Positions 1 to 13,227 of a stretch of DNA of 64,000 nucleotides are shown one piece after another. The translations under genes were made by a program, and so were the position numbers. The stretch is from assembly GCA_964016885.1 (NCBI GenBank), contig OZ024752.1:3658001-3722000 (forward strand), given 5' to 3'. The stretch comes from Eledone cirrhosa (Eukaryota). The number at the start of each line of letters is the position of its first letter. The stretch's first letter is position 1. Below the pieces are notes generated by a model. It was not told the DNA's origin. It searched no databases and saw only the letters and a program-made list of their open reading frames with translations.

Positions 1-417
1 TATGTATGTATGCATCTTTCTCTATTTTCAACTGAAAGTTATATTCAGTATTTTCCTCAATCTTCTCTGTATTTAGATTCTTTGATATCAGTCGTATTTT
101 AACAATTCTGAATAATTTATATGTGATGCAGCTGAACCATGATATGATAGCTAAATATTGTCTAGCTCAAGTAGAGAACGGAGTTGTTTATATCTACAAC
201 AAATAGATCGTACCAATTAAATGGAGAGTGAAATTTGATTTTTTCTAAACAAAACTTTCTATCGAAAAGTTAGTGGAAAATTTATATTTCTTCATTTAAA
301 GAAACTCTCCACTTCTCTTCTTATTCTATAGCTTGTTTCTCTTTCCCTTTACCGATGCACACATACACGCTGGCGCGTCACCACAAACAGAAGCAATAAA
401 CACACATTCACACATAC

Positions 418-498
<81 letters not shown>

Positions 499-709
499 TG
501 AAAAACATGACATTAAGGAGTCACATGACTCTTTTTAGCCTCTTACTATATATTTATATATATATATATATAATATATATAGAGTATATGTGTAAATGAA
601 GTAATTCCGTCGGAAAAGTCCAGGAAAAAATAGTGCTCTATGTAGATCACAGAGCTTAATAGTTATTCTAAAAACCTTTAATCCAATATTAATAAATACA
701 CCAGGATTT

Positions 710-769
710 TTTCATTCTGCTGATTGAAAGCAACATTTTTGGTTTTTAAGAAACCACTGGTAAATGGAA
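710..769 (+). ncRNA. Degenerate type I hammerhead ribozyme (same family as 27292-27351)
   Basis: tttcatt-CTGCTGA-[decayed stem II]-GAAA-CCACTGG-TA-aatggaa. The core has an A6>C change; flanks match the 27292 copy. Confidence 0.6.
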
Positions 770-798
770 TAATTGCCTTATGTTGTTTATTACATAAC

Positions 799-843
<45 letters not shown>

Positions 844-955
844 TATAAATATATATATATATAACAAAGAGGGTGTGGTAAGATATCAGGTAGAGTGAGT
901 AATAGAAAAAGAGTCTGTGTGTGCGCGTGTGTGAACTAGAAAATATTAATAGATC

Positions 956-1142
956 CGGTGGATTGGCAGTATCGGTGAAGGGTCAGACGCCATGTTTTCC
1001 ACCAAGAATTAGGTCCGTTTACAGTCTGAGTTCAAATCCCGCCGAGGTTAACTTTGCCTTTCATCCTTACGGGGTCGATAAAATAAAGTACCAGTAATGC
1101 ACTGGGTATTTGCTGGCTTGTGCTAAAGTAGAAACAATTATT
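956..1142 (+). mobile_element. tRNA-derived SINE with MetaSINE-type core
   Basis: A-box-like tggcagtatcgg, B-box gagttcaaatccc, core gcctttcatccttacggggtcgataaaataaagtacc, tail gtagaaacaattatt. Many copies in the window. Confidence 0.9.
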
Positions 1143-1348
1143 CTTAACTCTGAAGCCGAGAATCATTCGGTTTCCTAAATAAAATATTAGTCTACGACTA
1201 TATTTATACCTTTAACATGCTTTTGTCTTTGCGTGTAATTGTTCCCCCGCTCTACATAATGACGTATTATGTTCGCTTTCTTCCGTTCATTGCCAGGGAA
1301 CGTCTTCACGAACCAAAGTATCGTCTTCCTATTTTCCTTCGGTTGCAA

Positions 1349-1465
1349 CGTTTTTCGAAATATTTACTTCTGCGTTCACAGATTGATTTTTTTAGTTTCA
1401 GAAGATTATCTTAAGGGTGAAAGCAGCGATTCTTTGCTTAAACTTTAATCTGTTATTTTAAAAAA

Positions 1466-1500
<35 letters not shown>

Positions 1501-1899
1501 AGTAAGTATGTTGTATGTTTTGAAACAGTGAGCAGGTTTTAAATCAGAAAATATATAGCTTTCACCGTATTTTTGACTAAAGGAATTTTAGCCTGATAAT
1601 GGGGTTTAGAACCCTCAGATAAATGGAAAAAGATGAGTATTGTACGTCAATACTCATTGTACGTCAATACTCATCTTTTTCCATTTATCTGAGGGCTATA
1701 AACCCCATTATCAGGCTAAAATTCCTTTAGTCAAAAATACGGTGAAAGCTATATATTTTCTAATTATATACATATATATATATTAAAATAACAGATTAAT
1801 GTTTAAGCAAAGAATCGCTACTTTCGCCCTTAACGGGATCTTCTGAAACTAAAAAAAAATCAATCTGTGAACGCAGAAGTAAATATTTCGAAAAATGTT
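1349..1899. repeat. Nested inverted repeats around (TA)n (two repeat families)
   Basis: Outer arms ~1349-1461 / 1783-1899 (family also at 26851-26884 and ~39990-40085). Inner arms ~1546-1642 / 1665-1761 (family also at ~54995-55140). Confidence 0.85.
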
Positions 1900-1916
1900 A
1901 CTCACTATATACATAT

Positions 1917-1946
1917 ACTAGCTGAGGTACCCAGCTTCGCCAAGGT
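1917..1946 (-). mobile_element. Possible Helitron-type 3' terminus
   Basis: Minus strand reads ccttggcgaagctgggtacctcagCTAGt: a GC-rich hairpin followed by CTAG|T. Confidence 0.4.
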
Positions 1947-2009
1947 TAACAAATGATAAGAGAAGACCGGCAGAAGAGAATACGTCTGTATTGAATGCAT
2001 TGTGTTGTT

Positions 2010-2450
2010 TACATTGTGTGTGTGCGTGTGTGTGTGTGTGTGTGTTTGTATATATATATATATATGTGTGTGTGTATGTATATATATATATATATGTGTG
2101 TGTGTGTGCCTGTGTGTTGACTGGCTATATGTGTGTGTATGTGTGTGTGAGTGTGCGTATGTGTATATTGTTATGTGCGTTTGTGTGTTTACGTATGCGT
2201 GTGTGTATGCGTGTGTGTATACGTATGCGTGTGTGTATTACGTATGCCTATATGTATCTGTGCTTGTGTGTAGGTTCACGTGAGTGTGTGTGTACTTGCG
2301 TTTGTGTGGGTGTGTGCGGGCGTGTGTGTATGTAGCCGTGTGTGCATGGTACGTTTATGTGCGTGTATATAAGCTGACGTGTGTGTATGAGTGTATATGT
2401 ATGTGCGTGCATGTGTGTATGTGTGCGTTCATATATGCCTTTGTGTTTGT
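2010..2450. repeat. Degenerate (TG)n/(TA)n microsatellite
   Basis: Read directly from the sequence. Confidence 0.95.
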
Positions 2451-2663
2451 GAATAATTTAATTGTAATAGAATGTTAGGTAACCATGGGAGAATTATAAG
2501 AAAGTGAAATATAAAGAAAAGTAATGAAATAACCGTCATAATTTCTCAGTTGTTTGAAAATATAACACAACAGAAAATTAACCTAAATACCGATATTTAA
2601 CACAAAAATTGAACAAAAACGTATGAATATAAGGAAGAAAACTAGATGAGACACTAAGGACGG

Positions 2664-2664
<1 letters not shown>

Positions 2665-2694
<30 letters not shown>

Positions 2695-3030
2695 CTTCTT
2701 CTTCTTCTTCTTCTTCTCTTTTTTCTTCTTTTTCCTTTTCTTCTTTTTTCTTTTCTTCTATTTCTTCTTTCCCTTCTTCTTCATGTTCTTTTTTCTTTCT
2801 CTTTTTTCTTCTTTTTCTTTTTTTCTTCTTTTTCTTTTTTTCTCCTCTTTTTCTTATTTATCTTCTTTTTACATTTTCTTCTTTTTCTTCTCTTTTTTCT
2901 TCTTTAACTTCTTTTTTCTTTTCTTCTTTTTCTTCTTCCGCTTCTTCTACTTCATCTTCCTTCGTGTTCTTTTTTCTTCTCTTTCTTCTTCTGCCACTTC
3001 TTTCTTCTTTTTATTTTTATTCTTATTATT
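2665..3030. repeat. (CTT)n and polypyrimidine tract
   Basis: Read directly from the sequence. Confidence 0.95.
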
Positions 3031-3384
3031 ATTGTAACAAAATTTCAACAAATGACTGAACGACATCCTTTTGTTGTTGTTGTTGTTTTGTTTCATTTTC
3101 AATTTTATATTTAATTTCGTTTATTATTATTCATTTTTTGACAAAGGAACAACAAGACAATTGAAAGAGCAATATTGAAGATAACAATTCAAACAACAAA
3201 ACAAAAACTAAGGAAAATATAAAAACAACAACAACAGCAGCAATAATCTATTTCATCGTGTCCTCTTTGTTGATGTTTGTTTATATTGTTTTCTTGTCTG
3301 TTTTTCTGTTATTATCGTCTGTTGTCTGTTACCATCAATAAAACGCCATCAATAAATTTATTAGTATTTATATTACTATTATTA

Positions 3385-3710
3385 TGTTGAAAGATGGGTG
3401 AGAGAGGCAAGAATGGCCCGAGTGAATGGACCTACTCTCAGTATATGCCTGTAAATTGAAGGTGGTAAACTGGGAGAGGACACTTGCCCTGGTGGTCAGG
3501 GTCACCGTGGCTTTTTTTAATGGGCTTTCTCTACGATGGCCCTCGGAAGTCTCCCACCTATTGGGGATTTATCATTGTTCTTTTATCACATCCTCTATTT
3601 TTTTTCTTTTTTTTACACGCAGAAATGCCCATTTGTACCGTCCTCTATTGTCCGGTACTGTCCTTAATGTCTACTTTGTATAAACCCTTGTGGTTAATAA
3701 AGAAAGTATT
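3385..3710 (+). mobile_element. 3' end of an L1/Tx1-like LINE
   Basis: Homologous to the ORF2 end of the minus-strand element at 12040-12635 (gagagag...agtat.gcctgtaa). The 3' UTR ends cccttgtggttaataaagaaa plus a short tail. Confidence 0.65.
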
Positions 3711-3736
3711 AGTATTATTGTTATTGTTATATGAAA

Positions 3737-3931
3737 GGCGGTGGATTGGCAGTATTGGTAGAGGGTCGGACGCCATGCTTTGACGTATAGAGTTACGGCC
3801 CTTGCCATTCTGAGTTCAAATCCCGCCAAGGTTAACTTTGCCTTTCATCCTTACGGGGTCGATAAAATAAAGTACCAGTAATGCACTGGGGTAATTGCTG
3901 ACCCTGTGCCAAACGTAGAAACAATTATTAT
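3737..3931 (+). mobile_element. tRNA-derived SINE, full length
   Basis: Same head, core and tail as 956-1142. Confidence 0.9.
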
Positions 3932-3979
3932 AGTTATTGTTATTGTTGTTATTAGGCTGGTGACATTGGCAAGACGCCA

Positions 3980-5303
3980 TTGATGATGTTGATGCTGATG
4001 ATGATGGTGATGGTGGTGATGGTGATGATGGTGATGGTGGTGATGGTGATGGTGGTGATGGTGATGGTGGTGATGATGATGGTGATGATGATGATGATCG
4101 TGGTGATGGTGATGGTGATGATGTTGATGATGGTGGTGGTGGTGGTGGTGGTGGTGATTATGGTGATGGTGATGGCGATGGTGATGGTGGTGATGGTGGT
4201 GATGATGCTGATGGTGATGATGATGGTGATGAATATTATCATCATCATGACGGAAATGATGAAGATGACCATGGTTACAGCATGGTGATGGTGGTGTTGG
4301 TGTATATGGTGGTGGTGGTGGAAGGGTGTATATGGTGGTGGTGGTGGTGGCGGAAGGGTGTATATGGCGGTGGTGGTGGTGGCGGAAGGGTGTATATGGT
4401 GGTGGTAGTGGTGGTGGAAGGGTGTATATGATGGTGTTGGTGGCGGTGGAAGGGTGTATATGATGGAGGTGGTGGCGGAAGGGTGTATATGGTGGAGGTG
4501 GTGGTGGAAGGCGTATATGGTGGCGGTGGTGGTGGTGGTGGAAGGGTGTATATGGTGGTGGTGGTGGTGGTGGAAGGGTGTATATGGTGGTGGTGGTGGT
4601 GGTGGTGGAAGGGTGTATATGGTGGTTGTTGTGGTGGTGGAAGGGTGTATATGGTGGTGGTGGTGGCGGAAGGTGTATATGGTGGTGGTGGTGGCGGTGG
4701 AAGGGTGTATATGGTGGTGGTGGTGTTGGTGGAAGGGTGTATATGGTGGTTGTGGTGGTTGTGGTGGTTGTGGTGGTGGTGGAAGGTGTATATGGTGGTG
4801 GTGGTGGTGGTGGAAGTGTGTATATGGTGGTGGTGGTGGTGGAAGGTGTATATGGTGGTGGTGGTGGTGGAAGTGTGTATATGGTGGTGGTGGTGGTGGA
4901 AAGTGTATATGGTGGCGGTGGTGGTGGTGGTGGAAGGGTGTATATGGTGGTGGTGGTGGTGGTGGTGGAAGGTGTATATGGTGGCGGTGGTGGTGGTGGA
5001 AGGGTGTATATGGTGGTTGTGGTGGTTGTGGTGGTGGTGGAAGGGTGTATATGGTGGTGGAGGTGGTTGTGGTGGAAGGGTGTATAAGGTGGTGAAGGTG
5101 GTGGTGGTGTTGGTGGTGGATGGTTGTGGTGGAAGGGTGTATAAGGTGGTGCAGGTGGTGGTGGTGTTGGTGGTGGAAGGGTGTATAAGGTGGTGGAGGT
5201 GGTGGTGCAAGGGTGTATATGGTGGTGGTGGAAGGGTGTATAAGGTGGTGGAGGTGGTGGTGGTGGTGCTGGTGGTGGAAGGGTGTATATGGTGGTGGTG
5301 GTG
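3980..5303. repeat. (GAT/GGT)n tract followed by a minisatellite with unit (ggt)n-ggaagggtgtatat
   Basis: Tandem units of ~24-36 bp from ~4300 to 5303 with variable ggt number. Long ORFs in several frames on both strands are typical of simple repeats. Confidence 0.95.
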
Positions 5304-5646
5304 AAGATAACATCGGTTATAATGAGAGAACCGTTGATGATTACGATTATCATGACGATAACGACTATCTCGTCTGGAATATGACGTGGGAGAGATGTGA
5401 GTGAGAGAAGTAGAGAGAGAGAGATGAGAGACAGTCTCCAATGTCCTGGCTTTCTCTTTCTTATTACACTTTCAAAGACCGAATACCAAAAGCTGAAGAA
5501 ACATTAGAATAAACAAAAAGTCTTTTAAACAAAATTCACGTTAAATGGAGTGAGAAGAGACAGATTTACTTTTCTTTTATAATTCATTTCTTTTTATTTT
5601 AATATTATATTTATCGTTTTATTTGAAATATTTTGTTTATATATAT

Positions 5647-5729
<83 letters not shown>

Positions 5730-6263
5730 CACACACACATACATATACACACACATATCCCAATGACTTTTTATTTCCTTTCATCAAGGGTTTATTTTTT
5801 GTCTTAGATTTTTATATTTCATTTACTTCATTTATTAATGTGTTCCTTTCTTTTCTATGTTTTTTCCATTTATTTTTTAAGAAAATATTTCAGCCCGTTT
5901 TTATTTTTGTGTTATAATTGTATATATTTTTCTGTCAGTTTTTTTTTCTATGTTTAATTTTAATTTTCGGGTTATTTTGTTTATCTCAAACACTAACAAT
6001 ACCCGCACTACTAACTAGGAATTTAATAACATAAACTATATCACTACGTACCTTTCCAGAACAACCTTCACTCAAATCCTACCACCGTTACTACTATCTC
6101 AAACATAAATCGAATTTTTTTTTTTCAATCTATATTTCTGCCATTATTTGTTTACTGAGTAAATTAATTCATAATTATTTCTGTAGAGAGGATGGGCTCA
6201 GCTGGTCAGAAGGTTCAATATTATGCCAATGCGTTCTTCCTGGAGAGCTTGCAATATATAGAA

Positions 6264-6371
6264 TAATTGTTTCTACTTTAGGCACAAGGCCAGCAATTAC
6301 CCAGTGCATTACTGGTACTTTATTTTATCGACCCCGTAAGGATTAAAGGCAAAGTCAACCTCGGCGGGATT
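6264..6371 (-). mobile_element. SINE, 5'-truncated
   Basis: Reverse complement of the SINE core and tail. Confidence 0.85.
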
Positions 6372-6604
6372 ATAATGACATTTAATCATTTACTGAGGTT
6401 CCGACATTTGCAAATATTCTCAATCTATAACAGGTTGGGTGTCTGTTATCAAGTACGACTTTCCGTGGTTAGTCACTTTGTAGTGATACAATCCTTGAGA
6501 TTTGGGGAGATCGGGAGTGGCAGAGGCAGTGACAGTGGATGTTTGATTCCTTAGTGTTTGGACCTGGTGTGTATATATACATATATAAATATCTATATAT
6601 CTAT

Positions 6605-7200
6605 CTAGGGCCGGTAAAATTCCCATGATCCATGGACGAGTTCTCTCCAGAGGTCTCTGTTCCTCATTATCGCTGCCATGTCCTGCATCTCCAACAGACC
6701 AGTGTCTGTCCTTAGGGCATCAACATATGTTAACCTTGGTCTTCCTCTGCCAGTGTGTCCATGCAGGGGCTCCTGCAGGAGCACTGAGTGCAATGTCAAC
6801 TCTGGATGTCGGTGAGCATGTCCAGCTAACCTCAGCCAGAAAAGATTACTAATGTAGGTGGGAAGCCGCTAGAATTGGTTGAAGATTTCCTGTATTTGGG
6901 AGCAAAGATTGGGAATACGGAAGATGATGTGGTCGAGAGGAAGAGCAAAGCCTGGGCGGCGTGCCACAGTTTGAGATCGATGTAGAAGTTGGACCTTCGT
7001 AAAGACCTGAAGATCCGCCTCTTCCTTGTTGTAGTCGAGTCTATGCTGATGTACAGGTCTGAGACCTGGACACTAACAAAGAAACTCACTCAGATGGTGG
7101 ATGGGTGCTACACGAGAATACTGGCCATGGCTCTGAACATTATTCAGTATACACTGAAGATGAAGAACTCACGGCTGTACTGGAGCCACCCAAAAGTCAG
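6605..7200 (-). mobile_element. RTE-clade LINE fragment with 5' inversion
   Basis: 6605-6839 is the minus-strand 3' end ([22 protein letters not shown]...DLWRELV). 6844-7200 is the upstream RT-tail segment on the plus strand (LKIRLFLVVVESMLMYRSETWTLTK). Both match 61757-62537. Confidence 0.85.
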
Positions 7201-7244
7201 CGTTATGGTCCACCTGGTTCCTTACCATATATCCTTCCTCAAAT

Positions 7245-7800
7245 TTATTCATATGTAACCTATTTGCAACCACGCAGCACGTCATGTTTTTTTATGTTTC
7301 ATGTATATTTTCCTCCGCTATGACCCGTCTGTTTCTTTCTTACTGCTTCGCCTTTTCTCTGTATCTCTCACTTCCTTTTACCCCCTCTACCAGTCACTCT
7401 CTCTGTTAGCCTCTTCCTCACACTTTCACTCACTCTCTGTGCTGCTCCCTCTCCTACTTCCTCCCGTTTGACCTGTGCGAGATTCTTTCCTCACTCACAC
7501 TTCGACCAGGTTTGGTCTTTATTCTCTCTCGTCTACGATTTCACAGAACTTATGTTCATCGTTTTCAGGGACTAGACTCCTCTTCCTCACTTTTCGTTGC
7601 ATTACCATCTTTGTTTGTTTACTGTCTCGCTCGTTCCCCCTATTTACGTGTCCCAACGACTTTCTTTAGCCGTTGCTCGCACCAACCAGAGGCATATGGT
7701 CTTTAAAGCGATGAAATACGAATGAAGGCTGGAAGATCACTGATGAAGGACTAACTTTATTCATATGTGACCCATTTGCATCCACGCAGCACGCCATATA
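7245..7800 (+). mobile_element. Penelope-like pLTR fragment with terminal direct repeat
   Basis: ttattcatatgt.acc.atttgca.ccacgcagcacg occurs at ~7245 and ~7757 (partial-tandem layout), followed by (TA)n. A homolog lies at 22765-22870. Confidence 0.5.
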
Positions 7801-7823
7801 TATTTATATATATATATATTTAT

Positions 7824-8033
<210 letters not shown>

Positions 8034-8043
8034 TATATATATA

Positions 8044-8077
<34 letters not shown>

Positions 8078-8116
8078 ATAATATATATACATATATATAA
8101 TATATATATGTATAAT

Positions 8117-8168
<52 letters not shown>

Positions 8169-8246
8169 GGTAAATATTGATGCAATTCAATTCAAGCACT
8201 CAACGTACTTTTTCCACATAGGAGTGACGGAGTAAATATCGAATAA

Positions 8247-8412
8247 GGAAAGGCGAAGTAGTTTTAGATGTTCAAGTCCTTTAATAATAATGCTGTGATA
8301 TATATTTGAATGACTCGCACACAGAACAGTGTGGCTAGTGTCGTCATTGAAATATATATCACAGCATTATTATTAAAGGACTTGAACATCTGAAACTACT
8401 TCGCTTTTCCTT
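8247..8412. repeat. Inverted repeat with ~68-bp arms between (TA)n tracts
   Basis: Arms ~8247-8314 and 8344-8412. The right arm keeps a T-GAAA-TATA-TA hammerhead half. Confidence 0.85.
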
Positions 8413-8454
8413 CTTCTATATATATATATATATATATAATATATATATATAATA

Positions 8455-8707
8455 TAACTTTGAATAACTTTGAAATGTTTTGGCCAGTATTGGCCCAGGC
8501 CATGTCTAACTTAATAGCACCACCTGGCGAAGTCTTTCAATTCAGGATTTGGGCACCATGGCCCATTCGAGAAGAGAATTACTGTTTGCGGAGACATATC
8601 CGGGTGTGGGTGGTTTGTCCGGGATTACTTGGAGGAATTTGTCCAAAGACTTCTTGAATTTTGTGTGGTCAGTTTCTGTTTTGACGTGTCCTGGTGTGAT
8701 GTTGAAG
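8455..8707 (-). mobile_element. CR1-like LINE 3' end
   Basis: [37 protein letters not shown]...* is a CR1-type ORF2 C-terminus. A near-identical copy lies at 53890-54119. Confidence 0.8.
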
Positions 8708-8711
8708 ATAT

Positions 8712-8779
<68 letters not shown>

Positions 8780-8788
8780 ATATATATA

Positions 8789-8867
<79 letters not shown>

Positions 8868-9602
8868 ATATATATATGAATGTATATATAGTGTATTTTG
8901 CAAACACTGGATGTTTAATTAAAAGCATTTTGAAGACCTTTTTTTCATGTTATTCCCCTTTTGGGCACTTAGAGGTTGGCAGGTCTGTTTATACACTGAT
9001 GTAATCTGAAAACCGTTGGTTTGGGGGTAGATAAATCCTTACATTTAATATACAGTTCGAAATTTCTTACACAAACTGCTAGATTTTCCGATCATAGTCA
9101 GGAATTTACAGACATGGGTTAAACCATTCTAACGTAAGCTGTTCGCAATTCAGGAAGACACATCTTTTAATGCTCACCTAATAATCCTATAATTACCAGG
9201 AGATATTCAATATAGTAGTCAATGCTGTCTAAAACCATACTGTCTTAAACTTGAAATATAGCTTCAAATAAATGTATTCCTAACTATACTAAATCCGAAA
9301 AGGATACATTTTACAATGGATCAGCTCAGAGTGGACCTGAGGTTAAACAAATATATATATCGAGGTAGAAATTGAAATTTGGCGGATCTGGAGAGAGTTG
9401 GCATTGGAGATGTAGGTTAATAGAAGATTTTTTTACTGGCCTCTAGTGGGTTAGATAGTAATTACGCACAGAAAAATAAAACCTCTAACTCTTGCTTTAT
9501 AATATTACATATATATATAATCTAGCTTTATAGATTCTATCATGATATTTCACTCAAGGGAAACAATAGTTACAACATTCCTGCCTATAGGAATTTTGTT
9601 TA

Positions 9603-9897
9603 TCACAATTACACAACATGTATTGTATGAAGGAAAATATTGTTTGATTCACCATGAATTGTATAGCGCTTTCATTGGTAATCATTTATGATATTATTGT
9701 TTCTACTTTTGGCACAAGCCCAACAATTATTCCAGTGTATTACTGGTACTTTATTTTATCGACCCCGTAAGGATGAAAGGCCGAGGTTAACTTTGCCTTT
9801 TATCCTTACGGGGTCGATAAAATAAAGTACCAGTAATACAATTCATGGTGAATCAAACAATATTTTCCTTCATACAATACATGTTGTGTAACTGTGA
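9603..9897. repeat. Foldback duplication containing a SINE hairpin
   Basis: 9603-9664 is inverted at 9836-9897. The SINE core at 9736-9780 is inverted at 9796-9840. Confidence 0.85.
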
Positions 9898-10301
9898 GAG
9901 CACTAGTATATTCTCAGCACGCGGCCGAGGCACACATACACACACACACATTTATATATATATATTAATAAACATACGTTAAAAGGCGTGACAATTTGAA
10001 AACTGTGGTTAAGGGGACAAAGCCACAGAAGCCACCACCACAAGACAAATACGATCAGGTTAAATAACGAACCCGGACGGTATCGAAAGACAATATATAA
10101 TATCCTTGACTGGTTTCTGTGAAATCTAAATCAACAATGCAACTTACACAATATGCAAGTCTGAACCGTTTGAAGATCGGACGCGGACACACTTTATATA
10201 TATATATAGTAATAATAATAAATTTGAAGACAAAAATCCAAAGAGGGCTCGATAAGCATAAATATATATTTAATATATATATATATACACACACACACAG
10301 T

Positions 10302-10385
10302 GAAGGCGCGTGGCTGACTGGTAAGAGAATTGGATTCGCAATCGTAAGGTTGTGACTTCAATTCTTGGACTGGACGATGCGTTAT
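10302..10385 (+). mobile_element. tRNA-derived SINE head (second family)
   Basis: ggcgcgtggctgactggtaag...ttcaattc, decayed A and B boxes. Confidence 0.5.
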
Positions 10386-10491
10386 AGTTGCGATCGATTG
10401 TATTAACAATTGGAAAGAACAACGGAAACATTGTTTCTTTGGTCTGATTTGACGAAAGTCGATCGGCTGTCGATATATATATTGTTAAGTT

Positions 10492-10574
<83 letters not shown>

Positions 10575-10785
10575 AAAAGTGATAATAACAATAAAGAAAA
10601 CAGAGAGGGGAAGAAAAATTAATTTTCACATACATGTTCATTTAGAGAAGGATGGACAGAGAAATGAACTCTCTTCTCTGAATGAACATGTATGTGAAAA
10701 TTAATGTTTCTTCCCCTCTCTGTTTTTATTATTATTATTATCAATATGTGTACAAATATGCAACTTAACAATATTCTGCATATCC

Positions 10786-10823
10786 GCAATTGACAATGCA
10801 TATAATGCTGAAACCGGTATTGT
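10786..10823 (+). ncRNA. Decayed minimal hammerhead
   Basis: gcaa-TTGACAA-T-GCAT-ata-ATGC-T-GAAA-CCGG-TA-ttgt, then AATAAA. The core is two transitions away from CTGACGA. Confidence 0.5.
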
Positions 10824-10880
10824 AAATAAATTAATGTTTTGATGTTTCACTGAAAAAATATTTTTCCTTTCTACTATTTG

Positions 10881-10969
<89 letters not shown>

Positions 10970-11886
10970 CTTCAACAAGACAGTGTTCCCAATTTTCCTC
11001 ATCATATATTAGCTGTGGAATTTTCAAATATACCAACTAACATCACCCTGCAAAATAGTTGATATTAAATAGGAACATATATGTATACATATATCATAAC
11101 TATTAGTACTAACATGTAATGTTTCACCCATATAATAGAATTTATTTTCTTATTTGGGTAGAATATATTCAGCATTCTAAGAAAAATCACAATTTTAAAT
11201 TTAGAACCTATGTAATTTAAAACGCTATTGCTTTACAATCTTTAAATAAATACTCCATCCTAGATTTTATCTTCTTTTGTGCTTTTACTCTATTGTATAT
11301 TTGTATCTGTTCCTCTCTGTCGTTTAAGCGTTCTATTGTTAGCTTCATGCTCGCGTTTTCTACTTTTTAATATTTTCCCTTATTGTTGTAGAATTCCTGT
11401 TTGTTTTGATATTTATGTAGGATGACATTTCCCCTTTTTTTAATCATTCTGTGTTGCTATATTGTTCTGTATTCGACAATGGGAATTCGGTTGATTAGAA
11501 AATATTCACTAACCAACACAATACAAAGCCTGCTCAACATTCACGAAGTTTCTACTCTCTGCTACTTCAATGGGTACTATAACGAGTTCTGTTTGTCTGA
11601 AATAACAATGTGCATATCTCCTCTATTAAAGTATAAACGTTGTTGACGCTTCATCCTTCTATATTCCTACTGTCTTCGAACCCTCGCACTAAACATTGTT
11701 TTTTTGTGTTTTCTTTCCCGACAACAGCTACTCTCTCAATTTACTCGTCTTTCCTATAACAATATACTTTCAAAATATCAAGTACAAGTTTAATAACCAG
11801 TATGCGATGGTCGGGAAAGCGTATGAACATTATTTCTGATCTTTCATTTAGATATTATCACCATTATCATTAATTTATTGAAATAA

Positions 11887-11977
11887 AGGGCGATGTATTG
11901 GCCGTATCGGTAGATTCAATTGACTTGCCCCTCCCCTCAAAATTGTTAGCCTTGTGCCTAAATCAGAATCCATTATT
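11887..11977 (+). mobile_element. SINE, internally deleted
   Basis: Head ttggccgtatcggtag joined directly to tail gccttgtgcctaaatcagaatccattatt. Confidence 0.6.
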
Positions 11978-12039
11978 TAATTGAAATTGTAAGAGAGTAA
12001 TATAAGTAGGAATTTCCCTTTCTCAGTTGTTCACATCCA

Positions 12040-12635
12040 ATTTACAGGCGCATACTCGGAGAAAGCCATTTTACTTGGTCCATGCTGACCTCTCTCACTT
12101 CAACAAACTGGCTAGAAGGCAGCATTCCCATCTCCACTCTGAATTTTCTCTTCATGTGAAACCTGAAAAAGTTAATTAGAGCTTTGCTGAAGAATGGTGT
12201 GCTTGTCTTTAACTCTTTCAAACGCGTCCACCTTCACCATGGCCACGAGGAGATTAAAACTGCCTGTCCTTCTCCTCTAAAGGAAGACGTTGAAGTGATC
12301 TTCACAATAGATTCACTTGATTTTCAGAACCGTCCCACAAGTTACAGCAAGTTTACGACATAAAACTGTAGATCAGCAATAACCGAACACACGATGAGTG
12401 CGTGCAGGGGGTGGTATCGCATTGCGCGTATCTCGGACAGGCCGATTCATGGCTGGCAAAGCTCCTCAGGCCAAGGATTTCTGGAGGTTTTCTATTGGCC
12501 CTGGATTGAAAGTCCTCTGGAAAAGAGTAGCTAGTTGATATTCGTCGAGCCCTAGATTCTCCCAAACAACGTCGACATGTTTAACTGCCACTAAACCTCT
12601 ATAGAAAGCTAAAGTGGAGTTTGCACTGCCTAGAT
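12040..12635 (-). mobile_element. L1/Tx1-like LINE ORF2 C-terminal remnant
   Basis: Frameshifted peptides LATLFQRTFNPGPIENLQKSLA and ACPRYAQCDTT..H, consistent with a decayed zf-RVT/CCHC region. Confidence 0.65.
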
Positions 12636-13192
12636 GAGTGATGAGGGCTGTGAGATATTCCATAATAATGACACCAATATTTACCTGAACATGTTTTATA
12701 AACCAATCCAACGTCAGTATTTTCAAAGTTGCGGAATACCAAAGCGATTTGAATACAAGAATATATCGACACCAGATATATGTAACAAGTTACTAAAGAA
12801 AAGACGAGTAGAATGCTCCATTGGGGTAAATGTATTTAATAGAATACACTACAACAGCATGATATAACGACATTCTTCCCGTAAGTAAATAAATTGAATG
12901 ATAATAAGTTGTGGAAATGTTATCTTGTACAAAGGAAGATATTTGAAGACTATGAGAAAACGGGAATATTGAGAAATAGTCGGAGCAGATTGTGTCCAAT
13001 CATTGAAATGATGCGATAGTTTATAAGAATCCATTAAGGATAATACTAAATGTCTGTATACACCATATATTCAGGAAACCTACCAAATGCATCGTATAAA
13101 TATGTTCATATATACAATCACGTACACGCATACACACAGACGCATACATACATACATAATATTTATCTATATATATTCTATACCCACACAAG

Positions 13193-13227
<35 letters not shown>

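Noticed and set aside
3851-5353. 500-aa Pro/His/Thr-rich extensin-like ORF and overlapping ORFs
   Set aside because: Open in several frames on both strands because the (ggt)n-ggaagggtgtatat minisatellite lacks stops, and it runs into a SINE. No coding evidence.
7735-7775. CTGATGA (and CTGACGA at ~22798) as a hammerhead core
   Set aside because: Neither copy has a downstream GAAA and stem III, so no ribozyme is called.
12640-13030. Hydrophobic minus-strand peptides suggesting a membrane-protein exon
   Set aside because: Interrupted by stops and frameshifts, with no recognisable family or clear splice sites.
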